This document shows positions 25,801 to 38,307 of a stretch of DNA of 64,000 nucleotides, in pieces (the stretch's first letter is position 1; each line of letters opens with the position of its first letter). The notes under the pieces were generated by a model. It saw only the letters and a list, made by a program, of their open reading frames with translations, was not told the DNA's origin and did not search any database. Made by a program: the position numbers and the translations under genes. Origin of the DNA: Dicyema japonicum (taxonomy: Eukaryota; Animalia; Dicyemida); NCBI GenBank assembly GCA_011109175.1, contig RDEW01000036.1:189583-253582 (forward strand), read 5' to 3'.

Positions 25801-26199
25801 TCTGTGTCGGCATATTGAAGAAACTAATTTCTTGCTCCCCCACCTTTCTTCCACGGAGGTCATGTGGGGACTGTTTCTTCCAGCTAAATTTGGAAGTCCA
25901 GAAGGCCATTCCGAGTTGGCTGTTTATTTGTCTCCCAAGCCAGTCGTCATTAATACTATATTATCGAGATTTGATAGCAGAGTGTAGATTGGGTATATAG
26001 AACATTCATGTGTCCAAAAAGGATTACAAGAATCAGGAACCCAAGGATACAATGTTTGGTATGCCACGCAAATAATCACAAATTAATCCAAGGAAGGAAT
26101 ATCATATTTGAAAGGTAACGTCAGTATAATTATGCTTTCGTGGCTTACCTAAAGCCTTTGAGATGTCAAGACATATGACATTTTGAAAAAATAGGAGTC

Positions 26200-27350
26200 T
26201 GGCATTTCATATCTGAGTTGAGATGAAATAGTCAATGACTGCAGAATCGATTGAAGTCAAAATTGATCATTTCTGAAATACTCGTTTTCATTCTGCATAT
26301 TTGAAAATCTCCTGCACGAACATTCGAGAATTCAAAAATAAGAAAATACGAAATCCTTTCCACCAGATTTTGTGTACAGGCTACTGCTTTCAAGACGAGC
26401 TGAGTCTTCGGCCCCGAGTCAGTCTCTAATCTAAGATCTATGATATCGAAAGTGAGCAACGAGCATCACGAAACTGAGTGGCTGTTCCAAAGGATTTCTC
26501 TGGCAAATGTAGGGGAAACATCCACTCAATTATTTCAGCTTGATTACTTTGATTGTTTCCTTACGTAATAATTGTTTTTGGATTTTTTCGATTATTTTAA
26601 AAGTAGAGGAAATTAGACTGATCGGACGGTAGCTGTATTCTTCGGTTTTCCTGTCTTCGACACCTTCTACACGATCGTTTTAGTCCACTCGTATGGAACA
26701 TGTCCAATCTTTATGCTTGAATTGAACATGTTTCTGAGGACTTTGAAAAGAATTTCTAGACTTTCTTGAACATCTCGGCTTTGATACAACCATGGCCTGT
26801 GCTATTATCTTGGAAGCTCTCATCGTCATCTTCACTTGTTCTAGAGAGATTTCTATGGTTGTCATTTGCTCCATCCCTGGTTCATAACGAGGTTTCTCAG
26901 AATGACACCATGATCCACTTCAAATATTAAGCTGTGCCAAAAAAAACTAAAGACATCTCTTCTTCAGTATATTTGAAGCCATCCGGTCTCTTGAGCATAA
27001 TTGACTATTGGTGCCTCATTTTCTGGTATATCTTCCAGAAATAAGGATTAGGCTTAATTAGCATTCGTATTTGAGAGTTCTACTTGCTATCATTTCACTC
27101 TCTAAAAAGCTCCAGTGATCGCTTTTGCAGATCCCATATTCTGTAAGACAGGGGAAGTGGTCCTGCGCATGTACACATCTTCTTAATTCAGTCTTTATAT
27201 TATTTCTTTCCTTCGTTATGTGCCAAAGAATAGAGACGACATCATCGTTTCTTGAGTATATGTTCAGGTAATTCTGGTCAGATCTGTTTTGGAGTTTCGA
27301 GCTATGATTGCCCTAATATTTCTTGGAAATGAAAGAACCAATTTTTCGTA
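26200..27350 (-). mobile_element. Highly degenerate RTE-like LINE
   Basis: MLTFDI.. and EISLEQVKMTMRA segments parallel the RTE copy at 55884-58912. Confidence 0.55.
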
Positions 27351-28532
27351 ACCAATAAAGACTCCTAACATTGATATTTAATTCTAAATTCTACATCAGA
27401 GGGAATGATAACACTTTTAAGTTAGCATAATTTTCACACATTTACACTACCTTCAATAGCATGCAAAAAACTGGGAGCTATCAATTATAATATTAGAGAT
27501 AAGTTTAATCAGATAATCTGAATGAGAAAATCAACTCACAGAAAAACCTAGAAACGAAAAATAGGGGGAAATATATCATTATGTCGGACTGAACGGTAGG
27601 CCCAATAGATGTCTACTCAACATCGAGGTTACATGTTGACCTAAAGTATAATGTTTCGGGAAGTCACAGGTATCTGAGTTTCTTCCACAACAAATTAATT
27701 AAGGATGCTTGAATTTTAGTTAATAAATTCAATAAAATTTAAATTTCTGAGTCATTAATTTACATGAGTCTACGTCTCGTTATAAATGAGTAATACTAAA
27801 TTAACATTTCCATGATTGAATCATTAATTTTTTTAAATTATTTCTTATCAGTTTTATGGTACATTTTCTCAGCAAACTCAGTGACCCTCTTAAATCCTCT
27901 ACAGAGTAGCTTAATCTCATTTAAATAAATTCTTTGTTCAATAATTATAAGTAGAGTAAGCTTTATTAGAGTTTGTTAGTACTTTTATGGCGATTCTTCA
28001 CTTGGCCTTTTTACTAAAAACAGATTTTTGTGTAGGCGTACATAAAGCGAGACAATTATCCATGTAGTCTTTGAATGGTGCCCATGAGACTTGCTTTATG
28101 TACTGACCCTGAGACAAATTGGAAGGAAGGATATGGCTAATCAAGTCATCCAGGTTCCCTCAATCTCGGAAATTTAAAGTCAACCATTTAAGATTTAATT
28201 TACACGTGGTTATTATGCTAAAATCAATTTGCATTACTCGTAGATATAAGTTGGATAATGATCGTCGAATCGTAATCCAACAGGTATCAGTCGCTCCTTT
28301 TTTGGTGTCTTAATATTGACCTTGTAAGTTAGACGTGATATATAAGTGACTGTTTGTGGTCAAGCTATCGTATTAGTAATTTTTGGTTATTTTTTGACTT
28401 TTTAATCATGTTTGAAGCTGTTCTGTTATAACTGTCCTCGTTTTGACATTTTGACGGGACGGTAATGGTCTTCTATTTGCTTATTTACACTTGGCAATTA
28501 TATTTGCGTTGTTTGAGGCTTGTCACTTTTAG

Positions 28533-29198
28533 ATGTCTGAGTGTAATCAACGAAGATATTGCTTCCCCGCATATTCCCCCCTTCTTACCTTCACCAGAAG
28601 TGTTTATTCTCCTGATCATGACAGTTTTGCTTCTAATCAGAACATTTTCTTTCAGCCGCAACACCAGTCTCAACAGGTTTATATGGATGAGGGACACTAC
28701 TTTGTCAATCCTTACTTCATGCCTTCCTACTTTCTCTCATATTCTCAAAATCAGGACATTTACTCGACCTACCAATTCCCAGATTTGAAACATATGTGCT
28801 CGTGTTTTCAAAATTCTGTTTGCTACCAACACGAATGTTTTTATGATCCCTCTAATTTCAATTTATTCCAAAATACTGACAGATACTCAGAAAGTGGTAG
28901 CAGTAAGGATACCCGAAAGTTAGAATCAGTTCACGTTGGGGGAACATGTAACAATTCTCTGAAATCATCTTCTCATTATAATGATCAGAAGAGCTGTGAG
29001 GATAGTGACAGGACTGCAAGAAGACGATATGCCAACAGAATGGCTGCTAGGAAGTGTAGACAAAAGAAAATCCTTAAAATTAAAGATCTTGAGCAGGATA
29101 TTAATGAATTTGTTAATCAGATTGGTCGATTTGATTGTGAAGTTATTATTATTGAACAGGTTTTGCATCAAATTTATATAAATGCGTTTCCTCATTAA
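28533..29198 (+). CDS. Intronless AP-1/ATF-type bZIP transcription factor
   Basis: 221-aa ORF with basic region RRRYANRMAARKCRQKK followed by heptads L-F-F-I-I, and a Tyr/Phe/Gln/Ser-rich N-terminus. Confidence 0.8.
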   Translation: MSECNQRRYCFPAYSPLLTFTRSVYSPDHDSFASNQNIFFQPQHQSQQVYMDEGHYFVNPYFMPSYFLSYSQNQDIYSTYQFPDLKHMCSCFQNSVCYQHECFYDPSNFNLFQNTDRYSESGSSKDTRKLESVHVGGTCNNSLKSSSHYNDQKSCEDSDRTARRRYANRMAARKCRQKKILKIKDLEQDINEFVNQIGRFDCEVIIIEQVLHQIYINAFPH

Positions 29199-29539
29199 CA
29201 TTTGCTTTTATCTGTGAGATTTATTTTTCGTTCATTTATTCTTGTGAGCATCCCACGTGGATTTTTAGTCCATTCTGAGGAATCTGTTTTCTTGTTTCCA
29301 CCGGCTTAAGTCTACTGGCTCTGTAGGGTTCCTTGTCATATAATCAGTATGGGATAGTCATAAGTCTTGAATTTGTTAATTAATTTGACGTTTGAAAGAG
29401 ACAAGTTAAGGTCAAGAATGGCGTTGAAATCAATACTTTTTAATCATTTCAACCTCAAATCAACCTTTTGTTTGATTAAAGAGGATTAACCCTTTAATAT
29501 ATTATTCTGTTTTTTATTTAATTCCTAAGTATAGCTTTG

Positions 29540-29840
29540 ATATTTTTAATTATGGCGGTTCAGACACCTGGAGCAGCTGCTTCGACTGCGGAGAACCTAA
29601 AAATCAAAAAATATTCTTGCCTCGGGGATCGCTACCGATTTACTCCTGTTGCGACCGAATCATCGGAAGCCGTTGGTCCAATGACGGCTGAGTTCTTGCG
29701 AGAACTCGGAGGATTGCTTGCCAGAAAGAAAAGGATCAACGAGAGGGTTATGGCTAAGACAAAAGATTGGTATAGCCATACTCCGAGGGAACTCGTTCGC
29801 AATCCACGCAGCAGGCTTCCTCAACTGACATTTGTTTAAT
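29540..29840 (+). mobile_element. CRE-clade C-terminal fragment
   Basis: GAAASTAENLKIKKYSCLGDRYRFTPVATES..FLRELG. Confidence 0.8.
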
Positions 29841-29929
29841 TGTTAAAATATTTTGTATTTAAAAAAAAATTATAGTTATTTTCCTCAAATAAAAATATGG
29901 AAAGGCGGCTATAAGTTTCGGAGTTCGGG

Positions 29930-31860
29930 GATTTTGAGTAATTAAAGCAAGGAAATGTCTCTAAACATGGAATTGCCGACAAGGACAACATGGATGTTCA
30001 GTCCCTCAAGACCACCCAGACTCAATATTTGCCTGATAAAATTAATTGTAAAAAATTACATTCTGTGCTCTTCAAATGCATGCAGGAACCCAATGTTGAT
30101 GTAGAAACTGCCAGCGGAAGTAAAGGAAATATCGGCCCAAGAAGTGAAGCAATGTATTGACTCTTGCAAGACAGGAATTTGTTCTTTTCTATACCGGGGA
30201 CATTATGTAACCATTGCAAGAAAAACAATAAGACTGTTGATCACTTGGCCACTCAGTGTGGTAGAATGTTAAACTGTGATTACGTCCGAAGACACAACAA
30301 AGTTGTAAAATGCTTACATCTCCATCTATGCAGAGTATATGGAATCAAAAAGGCTAGATTGTCTTAATTCATATCAGAAGAGTTCAACGAACCTAAACGC
30401 CATCTACGGACAATAGTGGTTTTCCTGGATAACTAGAAGGCGTTCGATTTTGTCTCGAGAACATTACTCACGAAAAAGATTTTTGACACCACCATTCAGC
30501 CGGCTTTGAAAAAATAAATAGCCAATTTTCTCTCCGGAAGAAGAGGACGTGTCTGTATAGGCCACGCAAGATCGAGGTCCCGTCTCCTACCAAATGGCGT
30601 CCCTTAAGGATCGCCTTTCTCTCCGATGTTACTCAACTTATTCCTTAACGATTTACCCTGCCCTGAAGGACCAGATTCAATGCTTCTCACTTATGCTGAA
30701 TACTAATCATCGCTAGCAGGAACAAATACGTGGATACAGCAAAATCAGAGCTTCAGTCACATATTGATGACCTGGGAGTCTGGTTGAAGTTGAATCGTCT
30801 CTCCATTTCCAGGGATAAATTAACGTATACAATCTTCACCACGGACAGAAAAGAAAAACATACACTGTATTTGAACATTTATGGAGACTCCCTACCATCA
30901 CAGATTCGTCCAACTATCCTGGGAGTGACATTTGACTCTTTGATGACATTTTCTCAACATGTGAAGAACGTTATGACAAAGGGTCTCAGGAAACTAAATA
31001 TAATCAAACCGCTGTTAAAGTCCAAGCCGGGAATGCGCTGTCGTCTTGTTCAATCAACTTCTAAAACCGACGGTAGAGTATGCTTGTGCCTCATGGACCT
31101 ATGAAGCTTCAATATCCAATTCATTTAAGATCAACTCCCTAACATGTAAACTGGCACGTCTAACAAATCTACTCCCCGATCTTTCCCCCCCCAATGCTTG
31201 ACCACGCCGCAATCAAAAATAATGGCTCCGGCTTCATCGGTCTGTGTGGCCAAGAAACAAGTCTTTTTTTCCATTCAAGGCTAGAGGCCTCAAATACACG
31301 AAATTTGGGGAAAAAACCCACCCCTCTTATAATGAAAGATAATCGTCGTGTATTCAGGAAAGCCGTGGGTACTCTGGAGGAACATAGGAAAAACCTCTCG
31401 ATCCTGTTGAGGCGTACCGGGATCATTTAATTAGTTGGTTTACTCCTTCTTTCTTGGTGTTCCCTTTTCTGGGTTATTAAAATAAATAAAAAGGCTAGAA
31501 AGGACATTAAGTCAATTTTATCAACACATAATGTTGAGATGAGTCGATTATGACTGAAACGAATGTACAGTTCAACAAACCAGAATAAGATAATTCTAAT
31601 ACAAGTGGGAATTACATCTCAGGATCGCCTAGAACAGGTGGAAGTAGAAAAATGTCACAAGTACGACCTCCTGCATTTGAGTTTTCGCTTCTCTACGATT
31701 GTCAATTATCCTACTGATTATGGGATGGAGTTGTCTCGAAATGCTTCAAAAACTATATGGATGAATTATCTGTTGAAGGAGCAATGAGAACTTATCCAGT
31801 CAGTTGTATTACAAAATACTCTCGAAAGTATGATGATTGAACACAAACATGGGATGAAGG
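29930..31860 (+). mobile_element. R2/R4-like RLE element C-terminus, split by a Jockey-like insertion
   Basis: CNHCKKNNKTVDHLATQC..DYVRRHNKVVKCLHLHLC..GIKKAR resumes after the insert and continues to QVGITSQDRLEQVEVEKCHKYDLL. Confidence 0.85.
30359..31487 (+). mobile_element. 5'-truncated Jockey/I-like LINE with a 12-bp TSD
   Basis: NGVP.GSPFSP and ILGVTFD motifs, 3' end GGGTTATTAAAATAAAT. TSD AAAAAGGCTAGA at 30347-30358 and 31488-31499. Confidence 0.88.
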
Positions 31861-32461
31861 TTTATGATGAAGAGTACATTTATGATACCTCTCAACTTGT
31901 GGAAGTGGCATAACGTCTCAACGGTGAGTGGAACAAACAAAAAATCGGGTAGGACCGCGTATTTTGCCCGTTTCAATCTCATGGCATTCTTAGCGACAGA
32001 ACAGGCTCCAGAGGCACTCTGTAGTAGGTTGCAAGAAGCAAATGTGTTTATGCAAGTGACGTCCCAGACAAGAGGGTTTCCGGCTTCAAAGTGGAGATGG
32101 TCATTCTATCTGATCGTTTCCCGTCACGCCTGCAAAGACCGACTGGTTCGAGCATGGAGGGGTGTCCGGCGGTATCAAAAGCTTGTCTAAAGACTTCTTT
32201 CAAGGCATTGTTTCTGGGAGATCTGTCTGCAATCTTCCTGCAGGAGAGAGGATATAGGCAAAAACAGTCGATCTGGTCTCGCCACGGATGTGGAACACAG
32301 ACTTTAAATCCCAGTCATAGTGAGATCCCAAATACGGACGCATTCATCATCCAGAAAAGTACCCAAAACTTCATTGGGAACGGCATTGAGCCAGGCACCG
32401 CTCTCAGAAGACTTTCCCGACAACAAACAGGCACGGAGGTGTTGAGTAGATTAAACTAGGA

Positions 32462-33353
32462 CAGTGATTCTCAACCTTTTTGGTCTGACGGCAGCAAAAA
32501 AATTTTAACAAAATTAAACTTTATTAACTAAAATTAATGTGAGAATTGAATATCTTTCCTTCTACCTTCTTTCAAAACAGGGACTCAGTTTTGATGACGC
32601 AAAAGATCAGTTAATTGGTTGCGAAATTTGGTTTTGGTCCGTGTGAGTCTGCTGAACAGAGCTTCACAAATATACGTTGATTTAAATACAGACGCAATTT
32701 ATACGGTGTAACCAAATTTGGGTATTTTAAAAATGAACATGGGCTGATTGACTTTTCTTGATTCACCTTAAAAAGATTCATATTCTGAATGCTTTGTAGT
32801 TTCATAGATAGAAATTTGATTTTTCTTGATTCACCTTGAAAAGATTCATATTCTGAAAATTTTTTTTTTTAGAAATGAAAAACATTTATTTATAACAATA
32901 AAATCGTTCTAAAGTCCAGCGGATATGATCGAGTGGCTGTTACCTCTGACTTCTGAAAAATGATTTATATAATTCCTCTCGACATTATATGACTTAAGAC
33001 ATCGTATAATAAAATGACTAATCAGGCAATGTGTGTTCCCAGTCTTCAAAATTATTTATTTATTTAAAGCACTCCCGAGAAGTCATAAAATTAATCAAGC
33101 CTCCCTTGTGCCGTATTTCTAGCCATCCTCTCTATCAGCCTTTTCCAGGACCCTCTACTTCGTGCCAGTTCCCTTAAGGTATCTAGGTCGTCTGCGGAAG
33201 TCTTCAAAAACGAAGAATTTTCCCTCCCATTCAAAGTTAAATGCACGAAAAATTTAATGCAAAAAACATTTAACATAAAAAATAGTTAAAATATGTAATA
33301 TTTTTATAATTTTAAGTGGGCCATACCTAAGTAGCAGCGGTTGAGAATCACAT
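32462..33353. mobile_element. Non-autonomous hAT (Charlie-like) element
   Basis: TIR CAGTGATTCTCAACC / GGTTGAGAATCAC(AT). 8-bp TSD AACTAGGA at 32454-32461 and 33354-33361. Internal ~37-bp direct repeat near 32752-32857. Confidence 0.85.
33052..33198 (-). mobile_element. 147-bp 5'-truncated RTE insertion with an 11-bp TSD
   Basis: ADDLDTLRELARSRGSWKRLI followed by a (TAAA)n tail. TSD AGTCTTCAAAA at 33041-33051 and 33199-33209. Confidence 0.88.
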
Positions 33354-35384
33354 AACTAGGAGGTTTTCAATAGAATTCCGGCATACATCATCGTTCAGAC
33401 TCCTCTGAGAGAACATGGAAGGTAGGGAAAATTGATGGGTACGGCTCCAGGCCTCACGAGCATCACCGGCGTCCTGGTCAGTAAGGAATTCAGGGAGGGG
33501 GTGTAGTAATCCTCGAATCGGACGTTGAAGTTACGCTCTGCTGTTGAGCGGAAGATTTCATCAATCTGTGCGAATCGGTCACACTGAGTGAAGTAGGGTC
33601 CTCCAGACATATGCAAGCCAATGTACGTTGAGGCTGTTTTTCAGGAGGAAAAATGATGTATGCACGTCAAGTAATCACAAGCGGTCCAGAGTCTCTCCGA
33701 GTTAAAGTCGTTTTTCAAGTATAGCTCTCTCCATTGCATGCATGGTGATTGAGGATCCGCGGAATATAAGGTTTTCATCGGGCGTGGAAATACTTCTAAG
33801 TAGTAAATTCACGAAAGATGACACAGCTTCTGAATCTTTTTTTCTGAAAGTCCAAAATTGTAGATTTCGCATTTAGCGTAATTTAATTCCAGTCTAGCTT
33901 CCGACATTTCTGGAACTCCTTTAAAAAAGTATCTAGGGGTCCTCCGAAGACCACATCATTCAGATACAGTAGATTGAAAGGCGAGCGATGAAGTTTTGTT
34001 ATTCTCTCGATTGCAAGAGAGAACAACAGGGGTTCAAGGGGATCTCCTTGTTACACTCCGGAATACGAATGGATTAGGTAGTCCCCGAAAAATAAGGATT
34101 AAGGTAGGTTGCATGAATGATTCACAAATTCGAAAATATTAGAAAATCTCTTCATATACGCCTCTAGGATATTGTCTCTCCTTAGACTATTAAAGGCGTT
34201 CTTGATGTCTAGTTTGACCAGGATATCCCTTTGAAATCTTATATACTACAATTTAGGAATGTCCTCACTGAATAGACAGAGGCCTTGCATCCCAAGCGAA
34301 TACCGACGCCAACTTGAGGTGAATTTAAAAATTGTGTGACGAGTGGAATAGAATATCTGGAGACAATTTTAGGAGCCAGCCTTCTGAAGACAAACCCGAC
34401 CGCAACCGGTCGTGCTCCCCCACCCTTCACATCGAAGGTTATCAAATTGGCGGAGAACAGGACGTGGAGAATAACTTCGGGTAGTACTGCAAACAGAATC
34501 CGGTTCATAAGTGAGGTAATTGAATTCGTAAGACGCATTGTTTGCTGATACAAGCTGTAGGTGGGAAGTGGCTCTTTTTATAATAGTTTTTAGGACGTTC
34601 CACTTTCGAAGCCCCTTGATTAACACTTCCACTGGAGAACGTCATTAGAGTCGAATTTTACTCCAAAAATCTTCTGGATGATGCCTGTTAAGAAAAGAAA
34701 AATTGTTAATGAATTCATAATTTTTTAGCAATGAATGAGAAAAATCTTATTTGTTGAATCAGAGAAAGCATATTATAACTTATTTAAGGAATAAAACGTT
34801 TGTTGTCATTATTTCAGCATATAAGTTATACTATATAATCTGTTTGGTTCTTCCTATATGAAAATTATCTTGTTGGAAAAGTCCATACGATTCTATGTAA
34901 GTTTTTTTCTCCATATGAGGTTATTTTGAATGAGAACCAAGAGAAACTATTGAGACCAGTAATGATGAACCTTTCGTGAAAAATGCCTTAATAAGTCAAG
35001 TGAGTAATGAATAGGCAATGAAGGTCCCCAGCAGACCCATGCTATTTCAACAGTCCCTTACTTATTTTCAGTGTTGACAAAAATTAACTCAATCAGTATG
35101 AAAAGAGGGGAGAATCTAAAGTTATCTGCAGTAATGCTAATGAAGATCAACAATTGGCTAATTAGATATTTTCATATTTGATTGTCTCAAAGGGTCACTA
35201 TGTAATTAAACATAAACAAAGTTATTTTATGGCATCGAGATGAGGAAATTATTAGTTAGCAAAGAAGGAAAGCTGAGTATCCCTATGTATTGATTAAAGA
35301 CATCGATAAATCAATGAAAGAGCGGACATGGACAATATACTAATTACAGTGACTATATAGGAATATTATATACAAACAATAGCA

Positions 35385-36690
35385 ATGGGATGCCTCTTTG
35401 CCAAACTCAGGATCTGGAAATCCTCTAAAATATCTAACTCTTTCCAAAAAAATAAGATCAACCAGAGTAACCCAACAAAGTATGACCCCACCAAACCAAA
35501 AGTGGTCATTTTCATAGGCATGGCTTATATAACCACGTGCAGGGGAACCGACCAGTTCAAAGGGGAAAATTATCTGCGATATTGAAAAAATCTTCAAGTT
35601 TCGAACAATTCACTTGCCAGATTACAACTCCCCCATATCAATAAAGGAGTTAACCAATAAAAGGGTGAGTGGTCAGGGAAAATCTGTAAGTAAAACTTGA
35701 GACTGTTAGATTTCTGAAGACGAGTGGTTTCAAGCTCAGATAGAGACGGTCACTGAGAATATGAAAGTAGACTTCACAGAAACGTGTTTTTTATTCGATA
35801 TTTTAAATTTGTCTAAATTTATTGTCGAAAAATTAGCTTTGACCGATGAAATCGAAAGCACTTTGAATATTTTTCTAAGGAGGTTCAATTTTTGCTAATT
35901 CAGGTGAATATACTTTTCGTGATAAATCTGAAGGCCGAAAGAAAGCCGATTAAGTCCACAAAAAACAAAGAGATTGCTAATGGAGTGAATGTTTGCATTA
36001 AGGTGTTATTTTCACTTAGCTTAGAAAAAAATGAGTTTTTACAAACACATTGCAAACAAATTTCTAAATTATTTCCAAAAAGATAATATTTTATATTCAA
36101 TTACTGATGATCAAGAGTCTTCACCTACAGAAAAAATTGTCTCTCTCTTTAAAAATCTAGGATACTTGATAAAGGAGCCAATAGAAATAAACTGTATTGT
36201 ATCAATCGGTTAGCAATTTTAAAACATTAAATAAAAAAATATAATTAATTTTAGTAGATTTACAAGATTTTTTGAATATTAATTTAATTTACCCCAATTT
36301 TAAAATAATTAATATTCACCCCCACAACATCACTGAGGCATTCGTTAAAGCTAAAAAAATCATGTCAAACAACCTATCAAGCTTATTAGGAGTTTTTGTA
36401 CTTCTACATGAAATCGATGTTCTTCTGTCTATCGTGAATGTAAAAGGAATGTAATGTTGTAGCATTTCCCTGATTCAAAGTTTATCCTATTCTACGAGAA
36501 CCAGGTCAGACTTACCTCCATACAAAAAGAATTTGAGACATTCGGCTCATCAAAACATTTAAAGAAAATAAATAATCTGAATAAATTCAAAAGCTTTAAA
36601 ACAGTAAGGAACAACAGATTTATATTTCACTTTAACATTCCCATTGAATTGTGCAAATACTTTATTCGACAGTTCGAGGACCACACGTGA
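35385..36690 (+). CDS. Adenylate-kinase-like protein with an MGC acylation motif and a degenerate P-loop; one frameshift
   Basis: MGCLFAK..KPKVVIFIG|EPTSSKGKII..FRTIHL, CFLFD and VNILFVINL. Introns at 35518-35542 (GC-AG), 35686-35709, 35883-35903 and others. One extra base is needed in the T5 run near 35870-35874. Confidence 0.6.
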
Positions 36691-37104
36691 TCAGACTCTC
36701 TCCAGTAAAGCCTGATTTTATATGTCTTCTTAAGACCAATGAGTCCATTCCTATAAAGTGGTCACACGATTCTGAAGTGATCCTTAAAGTTTACTGTCGG
36801 AAATATTACAATTAATATGGAAATATGGTTTTAAAGATAAATGTTTGTTTATTTCGGCTTTATTAAACAAAATATGAAAATATGTCTTACGGTTTGAAGT
36901 TCCTAACAGAAAACACTCGATTTCTTACTGTTGTCAGAATCGTCTTATTCCTTCCATGGAACATTGCGTGCTTTTTAGAATCTTTAATTTCCTGTTTTAT
37001 ACATGTTTTGACATTTTTATGTTTCAGTGACAAAATTCTAGACTTTATAAAAAATTTAACATATACAATGTTGGGATGTCGGTAATGTTGATTTATTTTA
37101 ATCA

Positions 37105-37290
37105 ATCCTAATGGTAAGTGTCATAAGCGTCAGGCAAAATTCAGATACTTCCAGGTTCGAATCTCACTCTCCATTCCGGCTAAAGGTTCCGCTCATCTAC
37201 AATCGTCAGTAAATACCGCACTGGGGAACCGGATTGTCTAAAGAGACCAAATGAAAGAATGAGGATAAAAACAGAGAAAAGAAAACTTTG
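37105..37290 (+). mobile_element. Old diverged SINE copy
   Basis: GGTTCGAATC B-box, then AAGGTTCC.C.CATCTAC and CACTG.GGAAC..GATTGTCTA shared with the SINE body. Confidence 0.65.
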
Positions 37291-37369
37291 ACCAAGTAAC
37301 CAGAGGGAGAATTAATCCACGATTGTTATGGGTATGATATTTAATTTTATTAAGATAAAATGTTTACAA

Positions 37370-37720
37370 CTAAAAACTGATGGATGTCCTTTGTTTGTGT
37401 AGCTTTTCAACCTCGACTTGCTTCAACGCCCGTTGAGAGGTGACTCCCACTTCGATAAGCAAAATTAAATTTCTCCTTTTGTCTAGTACAAAGATATATG
37501 GTTTGTTGTTTTGTACTTTCGTATCTGTGCTTATTTCTGTATTCACTAGGATTTTAACTGATTCATTCACAACTACTGATTGCACAAAGTGTGTCTTCAG
37601 TTTCTGGGATTTTTTTATTCCTTATTGTCGGCATAGATGCAAATGTAAGCATCTGACAACTTCGTTATGACGTCGAAGATAGTCTTCGGATGGAAACGAC
37701 TCACAGTGCGTGTTCAGAGA
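37370..37720 (-). mobile_element. R2/R4-like RLE fragment
   Basis: DYLRRHNEVVRCLHLHLC, NNKPYIFVLDKRRNLILLIEVGVTSQ..EVEKLHK. Confidence 0.85.
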
Positions 37721-37869
37721 TGCATGGCAAAAGTGGAATCTTAAATTTGTTAATTTTTCTGGTTCCGCGGACATTGCTAATAATAATTTACGAAAATTCA
37801 TATTAGCTATAGCTCCACCCAGAGGGACACACACTTCAAGTGAACATTTAATTAGTAATCGTAGAGGGA

Positions 37870-38090
37870 AAAGAACCAAGGGATGCTCTTCACTTTTTTT
37901 TTCTTTTTGTTGGGTGTGAGTCCTTTATAGACGATCCTGTTCCATATAGAAATGTTCACTAATGACGGTGTCACTATTCAAGCCCAAGCATCATAGATGC
38001 GTAGAACCTTCAGAAAGAATGTACAGCAGTGAGATTCGAACCAAAGACTATCAGACCTTTTATCCAGTATTCGTTACACTGTGCTGGGTT
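37870..38090 (-). mobile_element. Diverged SINE copy
   Basis: AGAACCAAGG.ATG.TCTTCAC, CACTAATGACGGTGTCACT, GCATCATAGATGCGTAGAACCTTC and GAGATTCGAACC. Confidence 0.8.
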
Positions 38091-38307
38091 AATTATTATT
38101 ACGTCACGATCATCGGGTTAAAAGTAAAGAAGTTTCCAACTAAGTGACCCCAGACCGATGGAGGTCCTATCCGACGTGGACGAGACTCCTGGATGGGTTA
38201 AGAGTAGACATTATGACTAACATAATCTGATTGTCTTCTTGTTATGTAATTTGAATGTTAAATTAATAATTAAAAATATAATATTATTTAATTGATTAGG
38301 TTAAGCA

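Larger units (their letters stand above)
31870..34700 (-). mobile_element. Degenerate CRE-clade retrotransposon (RT + RLE), interrupted by a hAT MITE
   Basis: GARPVAVGFVFRRL, QVGVGIRLGC, QGDPLEPLLFS, SGAWLNAVP..LGTFLDD, EPVGLCRRDGKR, PLVWDVTC. Confidence 0.88.
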
